From assembly GCA_010093605.1 (NCBI GenBank), contig MU004187.1:1186018-1250017 (forward strand): a DNA stretch of 64,000 bases, written 5' to 3'. The translations under genes were made by a program, and so were the position numbers. The notes under the pieces are model-generated. The model saw nothing but the letters and a program-made list of their open reading frames with translations. It did no database searches and was not told the origin of the DNA. Each line of letters starts with the position of its first letter. The first letter of the stretch is position 1. This document shows, in pieces, positions 24,740 to 37,682 of the stretch. The DNA comes from Lophium mytilinum (taxonomy: Eukaryota).

Positions 24740-26280
24740 ATGGCCGAATCATCATTCAAGACGAAGACGATGAAGAGGAAGAACGTCAAGGGACTTGCCC
24801 TCAGTGCACCTCAGCCAAAGGCCCAGCCCCCCTCCGCTGGCGACTCGCAGATTCCCGGTGCGCTTGGAAACGAGGATGGTCGATCGGATACACTGGAGAT
24901 TGGAGTCGAGTTCCGGTTGGACCTGAAGGCAGAGGACCTCATAGTGCTGAAAGAGCTAGGGTCGGGAAATGGGGGAACTGTCAGCAAGGTCCAGCATGCT
25001 GCCACCAAGGTGATCATGGCAAAGAAGGTGAGTGCCTCTTAGCATCAGGGCTGTCGACCGGAAAGGAGACCAATGCTGACTAGGAGTAGATCATCCACGT
25101 CGAAGCAAAGAACGAGGTGCGAAAGCGGATAGTAAGAGAGCTGAGAATCATGCACGACTGCAATTCGGATTACATCGTTGCCTTCTACGGCGCGTTCCAG
25201 AACGACACAGGCGACGTCATCATGTGTATGGAATATATGGATGTTGGGTATGTTCTCCTGGCCTCGCACAACTTCCACGGAATCAAGTCTGACCATGTCG
25301 CAGCTCCCTAGATTGGGTTTCCAAGACCTTCGGGCCAGTACGGGTCGACGTTTTGGGAAAGATTGCTGAAGCTGTACTTGGGGGCCTTTCCTACCTATAC
25401 GCTGCACACCGTATCATGCACCGCGACCTGAAGCCGTCCAACATCCTCGTCAACTCTCGTGGTAGTATCAAGCTTTGCGACTTTGGTGTGTCGAGCGAGT
25501 TGGAAGGCTCGATTGCAGAGACATTTGTTGGGACTGGCACATACATGGCTCCTGAGCGGATACAAGGATCACGATACACGGTCAAGTCAGACGTGTGGAG
25601 TGTTGGTCTGACTTTGATGGAGCTAGCCATTGGCAAGTTCCCCTTTGGCAACAGCGACAATGACGACGAGCCTGGCGGTCCCCAAGGTATATTGGACCTG
25701 CTGCAGCAAATTGTCCTCGAGCCGGCACCCAAACTCCCCAAGAGTGACGCATTTCCATCGATCTTGGAGGACATGATTGCGAAGTGTCTGTTGAAAGAAC
25801 CCGAACAGCGCCCAACGCCCAAAGAGCTCTATGTAAGTTCAGTCCTTCGTAGTAGCTTGTGACGATGTTAACATGGCACAGGAGTCTGATTCGTTTCTGC
25901 TTGCCGCGAAACGTACGCCAGTCGACCTCGAGGCTTGGGCAGTCAGCATGATGACCCACCAGAACCGCAAATCCCACCTTCCCCCGGCCTTGTCTCCAGC
26001 GACCAAGGAACTTCTACGGGATAGGTCACCTCCATCGTCAGCGACTTCGACCGCGAGGACACCTACCTCGAGCGACTCCGTTCCATCCGACACCAATGGC
26101 GCAGGACCAGCTCCAACTCGGCCCCTGTATCCAGTCAGGACCTCCAGTGCGACTAGCCAGAACACAATGGCTCTTCCACTCCGCCCAGCGCCACCGCCTG
26201 GCGGCTCATCGCCACAGCTCCGCAGTCCTCCGGGAGGGCCGCTACCGCAAGCTCCTCGCAGGTGGGACCGTGAGGTTTGA
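24740..26280 (+). CDS. STE7: MAP kinase kinase of the Ste7/Fuz7/MEK-2 type
   Basis: Docking motif [31 protein letters not shown], activation loop SIAETFVGT; three introns. Confidence 0.94.
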
Positions 26281-27847
26281 ACGCCATCTAAAAATAACGG
26301 AAGATATCCCGTTTGGCGACCGAGCAGCACAGCGAGGACTACGAGACTTTCCTGGCCAGTCGGACCAAACACCACTGTTTCCGAAATTACCTGGGATACG
26401 ATCCGTGCTGATGGCTTACTTTGCTTTGGTGTTGTAAATGCAATTGAAGTCGAAGTTGAGAGCGACGGAGCACACAATTTCCTTGCCTAGTGGCTTTTAT
26501 AAGGTTCTCTGAACAGCATACGATTGGCGTGTGTTGCTTGGTTTGCTCCTTGTTGTCGAGGCCTGGCGCCTGGACGCCTTTATTATGCCACACTTGCATT
26601 TCACATGGGACAGAGGGCGAAAGCTGTAGTAGGATTGGCGAGCGATTGGGACATTGGAATATTGCGATATTTATTCGGGAGGATATAGACCTGGTCTAGG
26701 TCTCATGGCATCACAATTGATTGGAGTTTTCTACAGACCTTGGCCCCTCGTTTAGTTCTCAACTTGAAGTATTCACGTGCTAGCTCCTGCTCGACCTCGA
26801 AGATCGGACTACAATATCTGCAAGCACGACTCTCCAGTAGTCTCGACATAGCACATGCCTAAGCGGTCTAGAACGCTAGTTTCCACATCAACCAATCCTT
26901 TAATATAAGATTAACTCTCATGTACCCCGCAACATGAGCCGTAAAGTCCTCTACAGCCCTGACCATCGCTCTAGTCCACTCCTTCCATATGCAAGACTGC
27001 CCAGAACCGATCCTTGTTTTCTCCGCAATTGGTGGGAATGCCCTGAATATCGGAGTATAATAAAGGACCCTGCAGGGACAAAAGTAGTCAGCTTCCGCAT
27101 TCCTTCTAGAAGCCGTTTGGACGCGTGCTAAGCGCAGCTCCATGCGTCTCCTCGATCTCTCAGTATGCACCCCGCTTTCAAGCTGCGGAACTTGCACCGC
27201 ATTCAACATCGTTTCCATCGATCCCATGCGCCAAAGGCTCCTCGGCATGCCAAATCTATGATACAAGCGAGGCACACGGATGGCAGCGCTCCTAATCGAT
27301 TTCCGAAGACATTCGCTGCCGTCTCCACTGACCGCTCGCATGCTTCTCCGGACCTCATGCCGTGAGCACTGCCTGTCTCCACTCGAACAGGAACAACGAT
27401 GCAGGCCGAGTGAAAGCGTACTATGGAAGTATAGTTCATGGCTCGAGACGTTGGTTGTCCACCTTGCACGCTTGGATTCTCTCCCCCGTCTCGTGGCTCT
27501 GAGACAGCCCATTCGCGACGTTGATCTCTCTGCATCTCGCTGGTAGTGAGGTACCCCTGTTCATGACGGCCCGAAATTCGACAGGACCAGTCCGCCTTCT
27601 CAATGGCCTGCAAAAAACAGCGGGGTTGACCATCACCAGATGAGGACCGTGGTGGTGTGTTTGATAGGTCGGCGCTAACGCCCTAAACTTATTAAAAGAA
27701 ATTGAAGGACACCACAGTCGAATAGCAGAGTATGAAAGGCAAATTGTTTCGAAGGGGTTCTAATACAAACATCTGCCCTCTCAGCTAAATCAGCTAATTC
27801 TTCATTCGCGTCATCGTCTTCTTTTTTCTGCGTTCTCTACGTCAGCC

Positions 27848-29666
27848 ATGAAACAAAAGATCCTTGCTGCAGCGGCAGCGGCCGTGGCTCTCGCCAGTGT
27901 TGCAGTAGATGCGGCCACTCCCGCAGAGTGGCGCTCAAAAGCTATCTACCAAGTTCTCACGGATCGGTAACAAAATTCCCATTTCTCAAGCAGTCAAGGT
28001 ATCTTTCTAACTGTTCCAGTTTTGCTCGCACAGATGGCAGCACAACAGCCACTTGCGATACCTCAAAAGGAATGTATTGTGGTGGCACCTATCAGGGCAT
28101 TATCAATCATTTGGACTACATTCAGAACATGGGATTCAGTGCCGTGAGTATCACAACACACTATTCGCTCATCGATCGTTGACCGAATACAAGATCTGGA
28201 TCTCGCCGATTACCTATAATATTCCCGATACCACAAAATATGGGCAGGCTTTCCACGGATACTGGCAGCAGAACTTGTATGAGCTGAATTCGAATTTCGG
28301 TTCGGGCTCCGATTTGAAAAGTCTTGCTACGGCTTTACACGATCGTGGAATGGTATGTATAATCTATTTGATCTAGACGCACGGCTTCACCTCCAGCCAT
28401 CTTCCTATTTCCTACTCCTTATTCTACCCTCATCTAATCACTTCCTGTGCAGTACTTGATGGTCGATATTGTTGTCAACCATAACGGCTGGAAAGGAGAT
28501 GCAAGCTCCGTCGACTACTCCGATTTCTACCCGTTCAATAAACAGTCGTACTACCACTCATATTGTGCTATCACCGATTACAACAACCAAGATAACGTCG
28601 AAGATTGTTGGTTAGGCGACTCGAACGTTGAGCTCGTGGACTTGAAGACTGAAGACTCTACTGTGGCGAGCATGTATAACACGTGGATCACCCAATTAGT
28701 TTCGAACTACAGCAGTACGTTAGACTTCTCATATTCGGAATAAGCCGAGAACATTCAACTAAGAAAGCATGCAGTCGACGGACTACGTGTTGATACTGCC
28801 AAGCATGTGGACAAGAACTTTTTCCCCGACTTCAATTCTGCAGCGGGGGTATTCATCACGGGAGAAGTATATGACGGTGATCCATCTTACACCTGCCCAT
28901 ATCAAAACTACATGGACAGCGTGCTCAACTATCCGATGTCAGTCATTGTTCACTTCGATTAGCCGGTAAATTCTCTTAACTAATAGTGACTAGGTATTAC
29001 CCTCTCCTCTCAGCCTTCGAATCCACCTCCGGTAGCATCAGCGACCTCGTCAACCAACTCAACACCATGAAGTCCACCTGCAAGGACACCACCCTGCTCG
29101 GCAGCTTCTCCGAAAACCACGACCTGCCCCGCTTCGCCTCCTACACGCAAGACTTCTCCCTCGCTCAAAACATCATCGCGTACACCATCCTCTCCGACGG
29201 CATCCCAATCATCTACGCGGGCCAAGAGCAGCACTACGACGGCGGCAACGATCCATACAACCGCGAAGCGACCTGGTTGAGCGGTTACAGCACTACCTCT
29301 ACTCTGTACAAACACGTTGCGAAGCTCAACCAGATCCGAAACCAAGCGATCTATAAGGACAGCACGTACCTGACGTATAAGAACTGGGTTATCTACTCTG
29401 ACACAACGACTATCGCGATGCGTAAGGGGTATGATGGGAAGCAGATCATCACTATCTTGAGCAACAAGGGGGCGGATGGAGCCAGCTATACCCAAGCTAT
29501 CGGTACAACGGGATGGAGCGCTGGGACTAGCGTGGTGGAGGTGCTGTCGTGTACGACGACGAGTGTGGATAGTAGTGGGAATTTGCAGGTTCCGATGGCG
29601 AGTGGGCTGCCGAGGGTTTACTATCCTTCGGCACAGCTTTCGGGGAGTGGGATCTGTGGGAAGTGA
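27848..29666 (+). CDS. Secreted alpha-amylase (GH13_1, Taka-amylase type; no CBM20)
   Basis: [54 protein letters not shown] and NREATW. Confidence 0.96.
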
Positions 29667-30019
29667 GTTTTAGGGTTGTGGGATGTGAGATGGGGAATGT
29701 GATGGCTGCGTTGATTTTTAAAGAGGGCAGGTTTGGATGATATGATATCTCATGTTGGAAGCAAATTTCAACTTCAATTCTCAGAAGAATGGACTCGCTT
29801 TGAAACGAGTGCGTTAAATATGACAAGGCATCGTCAAGGCCCTAGGAGCATTGCATCTCGTTGAGAGAAAATGGGTGAATGACAGGCTAGTTAGATTTCG
29901 TTTTTTCGAAAGCCGGTGTAGGCCGAACGGGCAAATCACTAGAAGAGTAAGTTCGTCATTCGCTTTACCACATCTTTCTCTTCAACTCCTTCTTCAACCC
30001 TCCAAGTAGTCCATCCACC

Positions 30020-31414
30020 ATGGCGTTCGCAGGATATCAAGGACCCTCTCAGTTGGCAGAAGTACAAGTCACCCACGACGGTTTGAGATACACCTACTCC
30101 CCCGGAAATGGCTTCCGTCGCCTTGGTTACACGTTCGACGGAGAGACTATCACCCACTACCAACGAGGCCGCTCCATCTTCGTATACAAGGCTGCATCGA
30201 GGCACCCTCGGAGCTGGTGGCGAGCTCAGTGCGCCTTCCGTGGCGTGGCGGAAGACGGTGACGACGAGACACTTTGGAGGTTGAAGGGCCTTGCTCCAAA
30301 TGTCATGATGCCTGAGCTGGTGCGTCTGGAGGCGGAGGCGAAGGTGAAGTGGGATGCTGAGCGTAAGGCCGCGGCCAGACGTAAGCAGTATCAAGACCAG
30401 AGGGAAAAGGATAAGAAGATCGCAGAGAAGGTGGCGGTTTTGAAAGCAGATTTCGATGGTGCGGAGTCTTCCCCATATGCGGTCGTCTACAAAAAGGATT
30501 GGGGTCTCAGGAACGGCGGCATGTTGGAAGCTGCGCGATCCCTGGGACTGATGCACAAGGTCATCGATTGGATCGCTTGGGAGGGGGACCGGGAATGGCT
30601 TATCGTGGGAACAAGTGCTATTGCCGTGGACGACAATATAGAAGCTCTCGAGCAGGAAGAGCAGGATCGCCGTGATGCTGAAGAGAAGGCCAGGGAAGAA
30701 GAAGAGCAGGCCGAAGAGATGGAGAGGAAAGCAGAGCGCGAGAAGGACATGAAGAGACATGCCGCCATCGCCAAAGCGTCGGCAAAGAATCGAAAATGGG
30801 ATGTGACTGGCGCCTGGTGAATCTTCAAAGATGAAAAGGAGAATCAGACTTCGGTCTATGGACTGTCTCATGACCCTGAGGCTATGTCCCTCGACATATA
30901 CCGCGCCGTCGGCAACAAGGGACGCACTCAACTATATGGGGAATTCCTTTTCGGCGACATAGAAGGATGGATGCGATTTGAAGCCCGGGAGAAAGCTACT
31001 CATACGGCACAAACTGGTCGTAAGCGAAAGCGCCAAGGTGAAGATGACGATGGCCGGAGTGCATATGGTGCCCGAGGCAACTACAGCAAGCCTGGCAAAG
31101 GTGACTTCTCTCTCTCCCCCGATGACCTTCCGTCGCCGAAGAACCCAACGATGCAGTACCGCTGGCGCGGACGTGAGATCGGAGAAGAGGGCGTGATTCA
31201 GTCCACTGCCGATCAGTCGCAGTTCTCAGTTACATTCAGCGGACAAGGCGGTGCTAAGATCTCCGGCACCTTTGCATCTAGTTACTTCACCGGCAGCTTC
31301 AATGGCTTCAAAGTTGCGATGGGGGCAACCTCATCTCCTGCCGATATCGAAACCCAATGGCGCAATCTGGATGAAGCGGCTTATGAACGAGAGCGGACTG
31401 GTAGATGGGGATAG
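30020..31414 (+). CDS. Hypothetical protein interrupted by one in-frame TGA (possible pseudogene)
   Basis: ORFs 30020-30820 and 30884-31414 share a frame. The only stop is TGA 30818-30820. Charged coiled-coil middle and YRWRGRE in the C-terminal half. Confidence 0.65.
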
Positions 31415-32108
31415 GGGGTCGGATGATAGCTCTTCAAAATTGTAGGCTTGGAGTAAGGACTATAGAGCGTCCGCCGAGGCTTGTCAGGTTGAAGGGAGCG
31501 GCGAGTGAGATTGACGACGCTCGTCGAACTGAGTTGATGAGCTTTTGCTAGGGTGAAGAAAAGGGGCTGTACACACTAGTGGAGATAAATTGACAGGCTT
31601 TTTCCTGGCACAGCTTGTCTTTAATGATGTTGTGTTGCTCTAGTAGATATGTTGTAGATGGCGAATGTCAAGAACACGTTCTGGACATAGCTAATCACAT
31701 AAAACTGGACGACTGGAACCTATCATGCACTCAGATCAAAAGGTAAAAACTACTTTGACCAGCTTAACGACTTCTTATATACGAAACTATTGTTGAATCG
31801 GTGTGAGAAGTGAGCATGAGAACGAAGCTACCGCCACCCCAAACGACGACCCTGAAGCACGATGCCCTACCTTTGAGCGCCTGTTCATCCATTTGCATAC
31901 CTTTCAAGCGTCGAAATATTGTGGTATTAGCGGGGTCAAAAGCGACCATACGTTCATTGAAGTGGTATATAGGGTAACCATGTACCGGCATCTACTCCGT
32001 ATTTCGCCGCTATAGCCCAGGGCAGCCATCATAGTACAACATATTACGCCTATCATGCTTTTCGTACAATACCTGCGCCGAGGTAGGGCACATCCAGAGC
32101 TATACTGC

Positions 32109-35100
32109 TCATCCCTCACATAACGCCCCCAGAATCAAACTCTGTACCACAAACTCATCCCCAGCAACCTTGACATTCCTGCCAGCGATGACCCCAGAGC
32201 CAACCATGCCCTGATCTTCAGACGTGTCTCGGTCTCTCTTCCTCTTCTCAGCACGAGGGAATAGAAGACTCTGCGCCTTGCTCCCCTTCTCTCCATCCAC
32301 AATGACCCAATTGTGGGTACTGGCGCGGCTGCCCTCCTTATCCGCATTGTCATTGCTATCGCGTGCCAACAATGCCCTGGCAGCGTCGATGTCCTTGACC
32401 ACAACGGCTTTCTGGGCTCCCAGCGCCCTGCAAAGGAATGAATACGTCTTGCCCCTCTCCTCTCCTTTCTTGGCACGACCAGAGACAAACACTACCATCG
32501 CGCTCCGGAACAGGCGCTCTCTCCTTTTAGTAACTTCGATCAAGAGTGCCTCGGGTCCCGCAGGATCGAAAAGAGCCATTGTCCTAGACCGCACCGCCCC
32601 ACCTAGAAAAGCGGACGTACCGGCTGGGAGCAAGTATCGACCGAATGCTACAATAGAGGACTGAGTAACGCAGTCGCGGACCCAGCGGGCGGCGAGACAA
32701 GGAAAATTAAGTGCAAGCGCTTGAAAGTACTTGGTGCGCCTGGAGTGAGTCTCAGAAATGAGGGCGACGAAGCCCAGTGAAGCGGCTTCCGGTTTTAACG
32801 TAAGTTCACCGTCTGTAAGTTGGAAGAGGGTCTCGAAACCGTCTTCTAGAACGCAACCGCCGTTGTTGATAATGAGTGCTGAGATGGCATCGCGCTCGCT
32901 GTCGTCGTGAGAGAACGAGAGAGCGAATGCCGTATTCGTGAATATCCCGGTCGCATAGTTTGAGGCCACTGACGAGGCTCGGTGGATCGACATAGCCAGC
33001 GGATTTAAGGGATCGCGGCGAGATCTCGACATGGGCGTCCCAGGAATCGAGGCGTTAGAAGGCGTTTGAAAGCGACGTTCAGATGTTGCCGAAAGTCCGG
33101 TTGCATGTTTGTAAGGGCGGTCCTTGAAGTTTTTCCACATAGTCTGAGTGATGTAGATGCTCGTGACGGGAACATCAACCGTCTTCGACGATTCGGCGTT
33201 GACCTTGGGATCGCCTTCTCGCGGTTTGGGCTTCAAAACGACTGTCCGGTGACCGATTCTGTCCGTCAAGGGCCACTCTTCGTCACTGGCATGAGCCTTG
33301 TCCTTTAAGCCTACTGCAACGTAAATATGCTTGCGCATGTCTTGTAGATCAACCTTCAATTGGTCGCCGACTCGCAGGTCAAGGTTCCTGAAGTTTTCCG
33401 ACAGTAGCATCGTGTCGATGGATCCGTCGTCGAATCGCACTCTCCAGTGGGTTCCGTCAGTAGGACCAAGGCAGGTGGCTGGGTAGTATTTGATATCATT
33501 TCCGCGAAAAAGGGCAAAGACGCGATTCGGGGTGAGCAAGATGTCGGTAGTTTCCTCCATGTTTTCAACTTCACGTCCAACAAAAACAGGACCTTCTGTA
33601 TCATCACCGACTTCTTGAAAGATGTTGACATCCGCCTGCTCGATTGAGTCCTGTACCTCCCAGATTTGAGTTTCAGAGAGCGGCTTAACAACGCTCTTTT
33701 CCAGCAAGTTCACGTTAGGAGTCTCGGGAATCTCGGAACGTCTGGAAGCAACATTCGCTTTAGACATGTTCGATGCTAGACGTCGGACACTAGAGTTTGG
33801 TGTATCGGCCTTTTTGGATGGCCTTGTGAGCTTGCCTTTGATGGGTATGGCCGGCTTCCCAAAGCGAACAGCTTCTCTAGCGGCAGCCGCGGCCATTCCA
33901 CCAGCACTTTCTCGCCTTCGGATTGAAGGTGGTGTCTCGATTGGGTCGTCATGCACCTGTTGTGGCGTTGATTTGGGAGCTTCTTGCGGTTGAATTTCTT
34001 CTGGAGGCTCATGAGCTTCATATTCTGCATCCGTCGTCTCGAAATTTTTGTCGACAGATGATCTGGCAAGTTTCTTCGTTGGTGAGGTATCCATATGCAG
34101 TTCTTCTAGAGAAGCACTCCCTTCCTCATTATCTTTTTCGTTCGCCTCAGGCGGAGTTGCTTGGTCGAGAAACTTCGCAGTCTTCTTAGCTGGGGACCTT
34201 GGTCGTTTGTTGCCATATGTAATCCTTCTCTTCTTCGTGCGAGGTTGAATAGGCTCAACGTGATTAACCAAGCTTGCGAAATCGTCAAGACCGTCGAGAC
34301 CAACGTCAAAGTCCATATCGATCGACTCTAGGGACTTTTGTGACTCCGGAACAGCCGCAATTTCCGTCAGGGAACGAAACCTTGCTTTGTGAGGACTAGG
34401 GCTGCTAATCTTGGAATTTTGCGTCGAAACCTTCTTTTGGGGTGAGGCTGTATTCCGTGAGCGCGCTGTTTGATATGCCCCAGTGCTATCAGTTTCGTGC
34501 TCGGTGTACACGTCCTTGATTGTGATGTGATCCGGTGGATGCAGCGGTTCTTCCTCAGCAGGTTCTTCTTCAACAATAGGTTCGGTCCGCTCAAAGACAG
34601 AGTCTGATCCTCCTGCTGCCTCCGAATCTGGTATCGTAGACTGGAGTCGTTCGCGTGATGATTTGACGGCGGTTTGTTCTTCGCTTGTGGCACCTTTCAC
34701 AGGAGGTGCCCGGTGAAAAGCGGAATCGCCACGTCCTTCAGTGTCATCAATCGTTACGTCTTCCGTCTCGACCTCCCTATCACCGACCAGTTGGAGGTCA
34801 TCATCACTTGTGACCAGGTCATCATGCTCATCGTCTTCCACGCTTGGATTTTCTCCTTCTCCATACGCAAGTGGAGGACTGCTAGGCACTTGTTCGTCAT
34901 CTTCGTGCACGAGCGGAGAGGAATCGCGAGGAGGCCTAGGAACCGAAGACGTGTCCAGTCCAGTCAATTGGGTCGCCCGTCTCGATTTGTTAGAGAATTG
35001 GGACTGTGAGATCCTGAGATTCGACCCAAGAGACGAAGGGTCGGCTAGAACAGGTGGCCGAGAATTGGTCTCTGGCTGCGCGATATCTGGCTGAGAATCC

Positions 35101-36736
35101 GCAATCGCCACAGTCTGTGTGCCGCCTAGAACCCTTTGTTGAGAGTTCGAATTGCGTTGAGATTGTGATGCCGATACTGCCTGACTCAGCTTGCTTCGAC
35201 CAAGGGGGATCGGACTATCGGGAGGACTACTCCGAGTACGACTGCCAGAAGATGCCTTGTTGGGTCGTGACGAGGTCATAGGAACTTGCAGCACGACCGC
35301 CCCACTCCTGTCGGCCAGCTTGTTAGATGTATTTTGAGGCGATTGCGAATTTGGAGGCTCATCGTTCGAACCCGTATCAAATTCGTCCTCCTCTAGAATT
35401 TGCTCCGTAACTTTGACGACCTTTCCGCCCCTTCGATATGATCGAATTGGTGTCATATATGCAGTATCGCTAGAAATTACCATCGGTTTTCCCTTGGCAC
35501 CAGTCCACGCTTCCTTCCGCGAGACTGAACGAGCCACGTACGACTGCCGTATTTCATTTTGTCCTGCTGGGCTATCCATCCAATCCTCCTCTTCCTGTTC
35601 TTGGGCCTTCATTTGTTGTAACTCCAGCTCTGCCAGTCGTTGGCGCTCTCTCAACTCCTGCGACTCTTTCATTGACAGATATGTATCTCGAGGTTCCGTC
35701 GTAGCTCTCGAGGGGTCACTCCTATATAGCTTTGTGGGGGAGGATGTGACGACTGGCGGGCTTGATCTGCCGGCAGTGAAATTAGGTGACGGGCGCTGGA
35801 AGACTGGATCGGAGCGTGCAGCATCTGGCAACGGGGACGTAGCCACCTGAGTGGCGTTGAAGACTTGCGTCAAGGACATGCCTCCTCCAGTCCCAAGGCC
35901 ATTGGCGAAGAAAGCAGCTGTCATGGTTGTCCCAGGGGTCCTGTTCACTGAGCTGAGCAACTCGCCGCGATTATTACGCTTCCGTCCTGCCATCGCGGGC
36001 GTCTCTGGAAACGCAAATCCGGCGGATGTGTGCTGCGCCCTGAGCTGGGTCTCTGGACTGAGCTGACGGGCATCGTCGTCGTTGCAGCTTGTGGGGGACG
36101 TTGGGTCGTCTTCGAGGTTTTCATCGTCCCAGTGGTCGGCAGGCTCAATGGGATCTGGAGATGTCTCCCGCTCCGCCTCATCAGATGTAGCATTGTTGAA
36201 AGGGTGCTTTGCAACGCTTTGCCGTGTGCTGAGGTAGTTGTTGTAGATCTGGGAGTCGGGTTGGGTGTCCCCGGGCACGTCCGTGGTGAAGGCTGCAAAG
36301 GAATGGTTCATCCTGATACCTAACGAGTGTTCAAGCATGGGCAGGTTCGTGAGCGGTGCGGTTTTGGAGGCATTCAATCGCGGTATGACGCCTCCCGCAG
36401 CAGGGCGTCGGGCAGAGGAGGGCGAGGGCTTGGTGGACGCGTTCTGGGAGTCTCCAGACGCGTCTGACGGGTGAGTGTGGCGACCGGAGGGAAGGACTGT
36501 GTGACTGTCGTCGGCTCGCTGCATGAGCGCGACGGATAGTTGGGATGGATCCTGCAGGTGTGGCGGCGTTAATGATGAAATGCTGCCTGCATAAATCCGC
36601 ACAACTGCTTGCTGCAGGGCTGTGTACGAGAATTGCGAAACAGCTAACGAAAGCCACTGCGAACACTCACCAAGTAGATTTCATCTCTGAGGATCGTCAG
36701 CGCCTCCGAGTCATTCGTACAGGCCGTGTGGTCCAT
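32109..36736 (-). CDS. RAD9: DNA damage checkpoint mediator Rad9/Crb2 (Tudor + BRCT)
   Basis: Long S/TQ-rich disordered region, Tudor-like RVFALFRG..YYPATC..VRFDDG and C-terminal BRCT (KYFQALALNFPCLAARWVRDC). The short first exon MDHTACT... is inferred. Confidence 0.88.
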
Positions 36737-37682
36737 GTTATCGTCATTGTCCGCGGTGGTGAGGGAGGCCTGGGACACATCGCGTCGGCACATGACCTCG
36801 GATTCTCCGCCTTTCGGAAGTCTCCTACGCGACAACAAAGCTGTCGATTCGACTGTACCTTTGTATGGTCAACGTCGTGTTTATCTTTGCATACATTGCC
36901 TTTCAGTCAAACTTATTCAACGTGTCCGGCTAAGCACGTTTACTACAGCCTTCTAAGTCGAGTTCTCAATTCACCGTGCATATAGGAGGCCATGCATGCT
37001 ATATTAGAGAAACGAGGATGGGGGAGAACACTGTCGATTGATCAATGAGGGCTACCTCAGCTATATACCACAACAACAACAACAACAGGGTGACCGTGTT
37101 GTCGAGCTGGATTGAGACACGGGTAGCAAGACAGCTTCTCGCCTTCCTTCCCGAAACCGATATAAGACTATGACCCGAACCACTCATCAGACAGTTTACT
37201 CGCATTTGTGTCGCTATCAGCCAATGAACGTACTATCCCTAAGTGTCATGTCACTTCTCCCAGTAGCCCGCTCTTCGGGCTAGAAGCAAATTAGTTGTGC
37301 GAGGTGAGCCTATCGACGAAGATGTGCAAAGATACAGTTCACGTTGATTCAGAAATAGCAATGATCATGGTTTCTACACCCCGCCTGGGCGTTCTGAAGG
37401 TACGAGGCAGCATGGAGGGGGTTGAGCATTGGTACGGGCAAAGCATCACAAACCTTGATGTTCTCAATTGATCAAGCATGCCTGTCTTGCCTCAATGCAT
37501 GAATTTATCGACACTTTATGAAGTTAGGAGTCTTTGAAGGAGACAAACGTTCCAAGATTGACAATGAGGCCCCAGTGTGTTAATCAGAATTATTTTCGCA
37601 AGGCTGGAAACAAAAGCTAGTTTGGGCATGTGACTTCGATTGGAGGTTTCTATAACTCGTAAAGTGGACTACTACCGCTTCA

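Noticed and set aside
26868..27636. 214-aa and other overlapping ORFs upstream of the amylase
   Set aside because: No motifs, atypical composition and non-ATG starts; probably chance ORFs in promoter DNA.
29939..30931. 330-aa antisense ORF (and similar shadow ORFs over CDH, SPT6, RAD9, RPC1)
   Set aside because: Antisense or alternative-frame shadows of real coding sequence.
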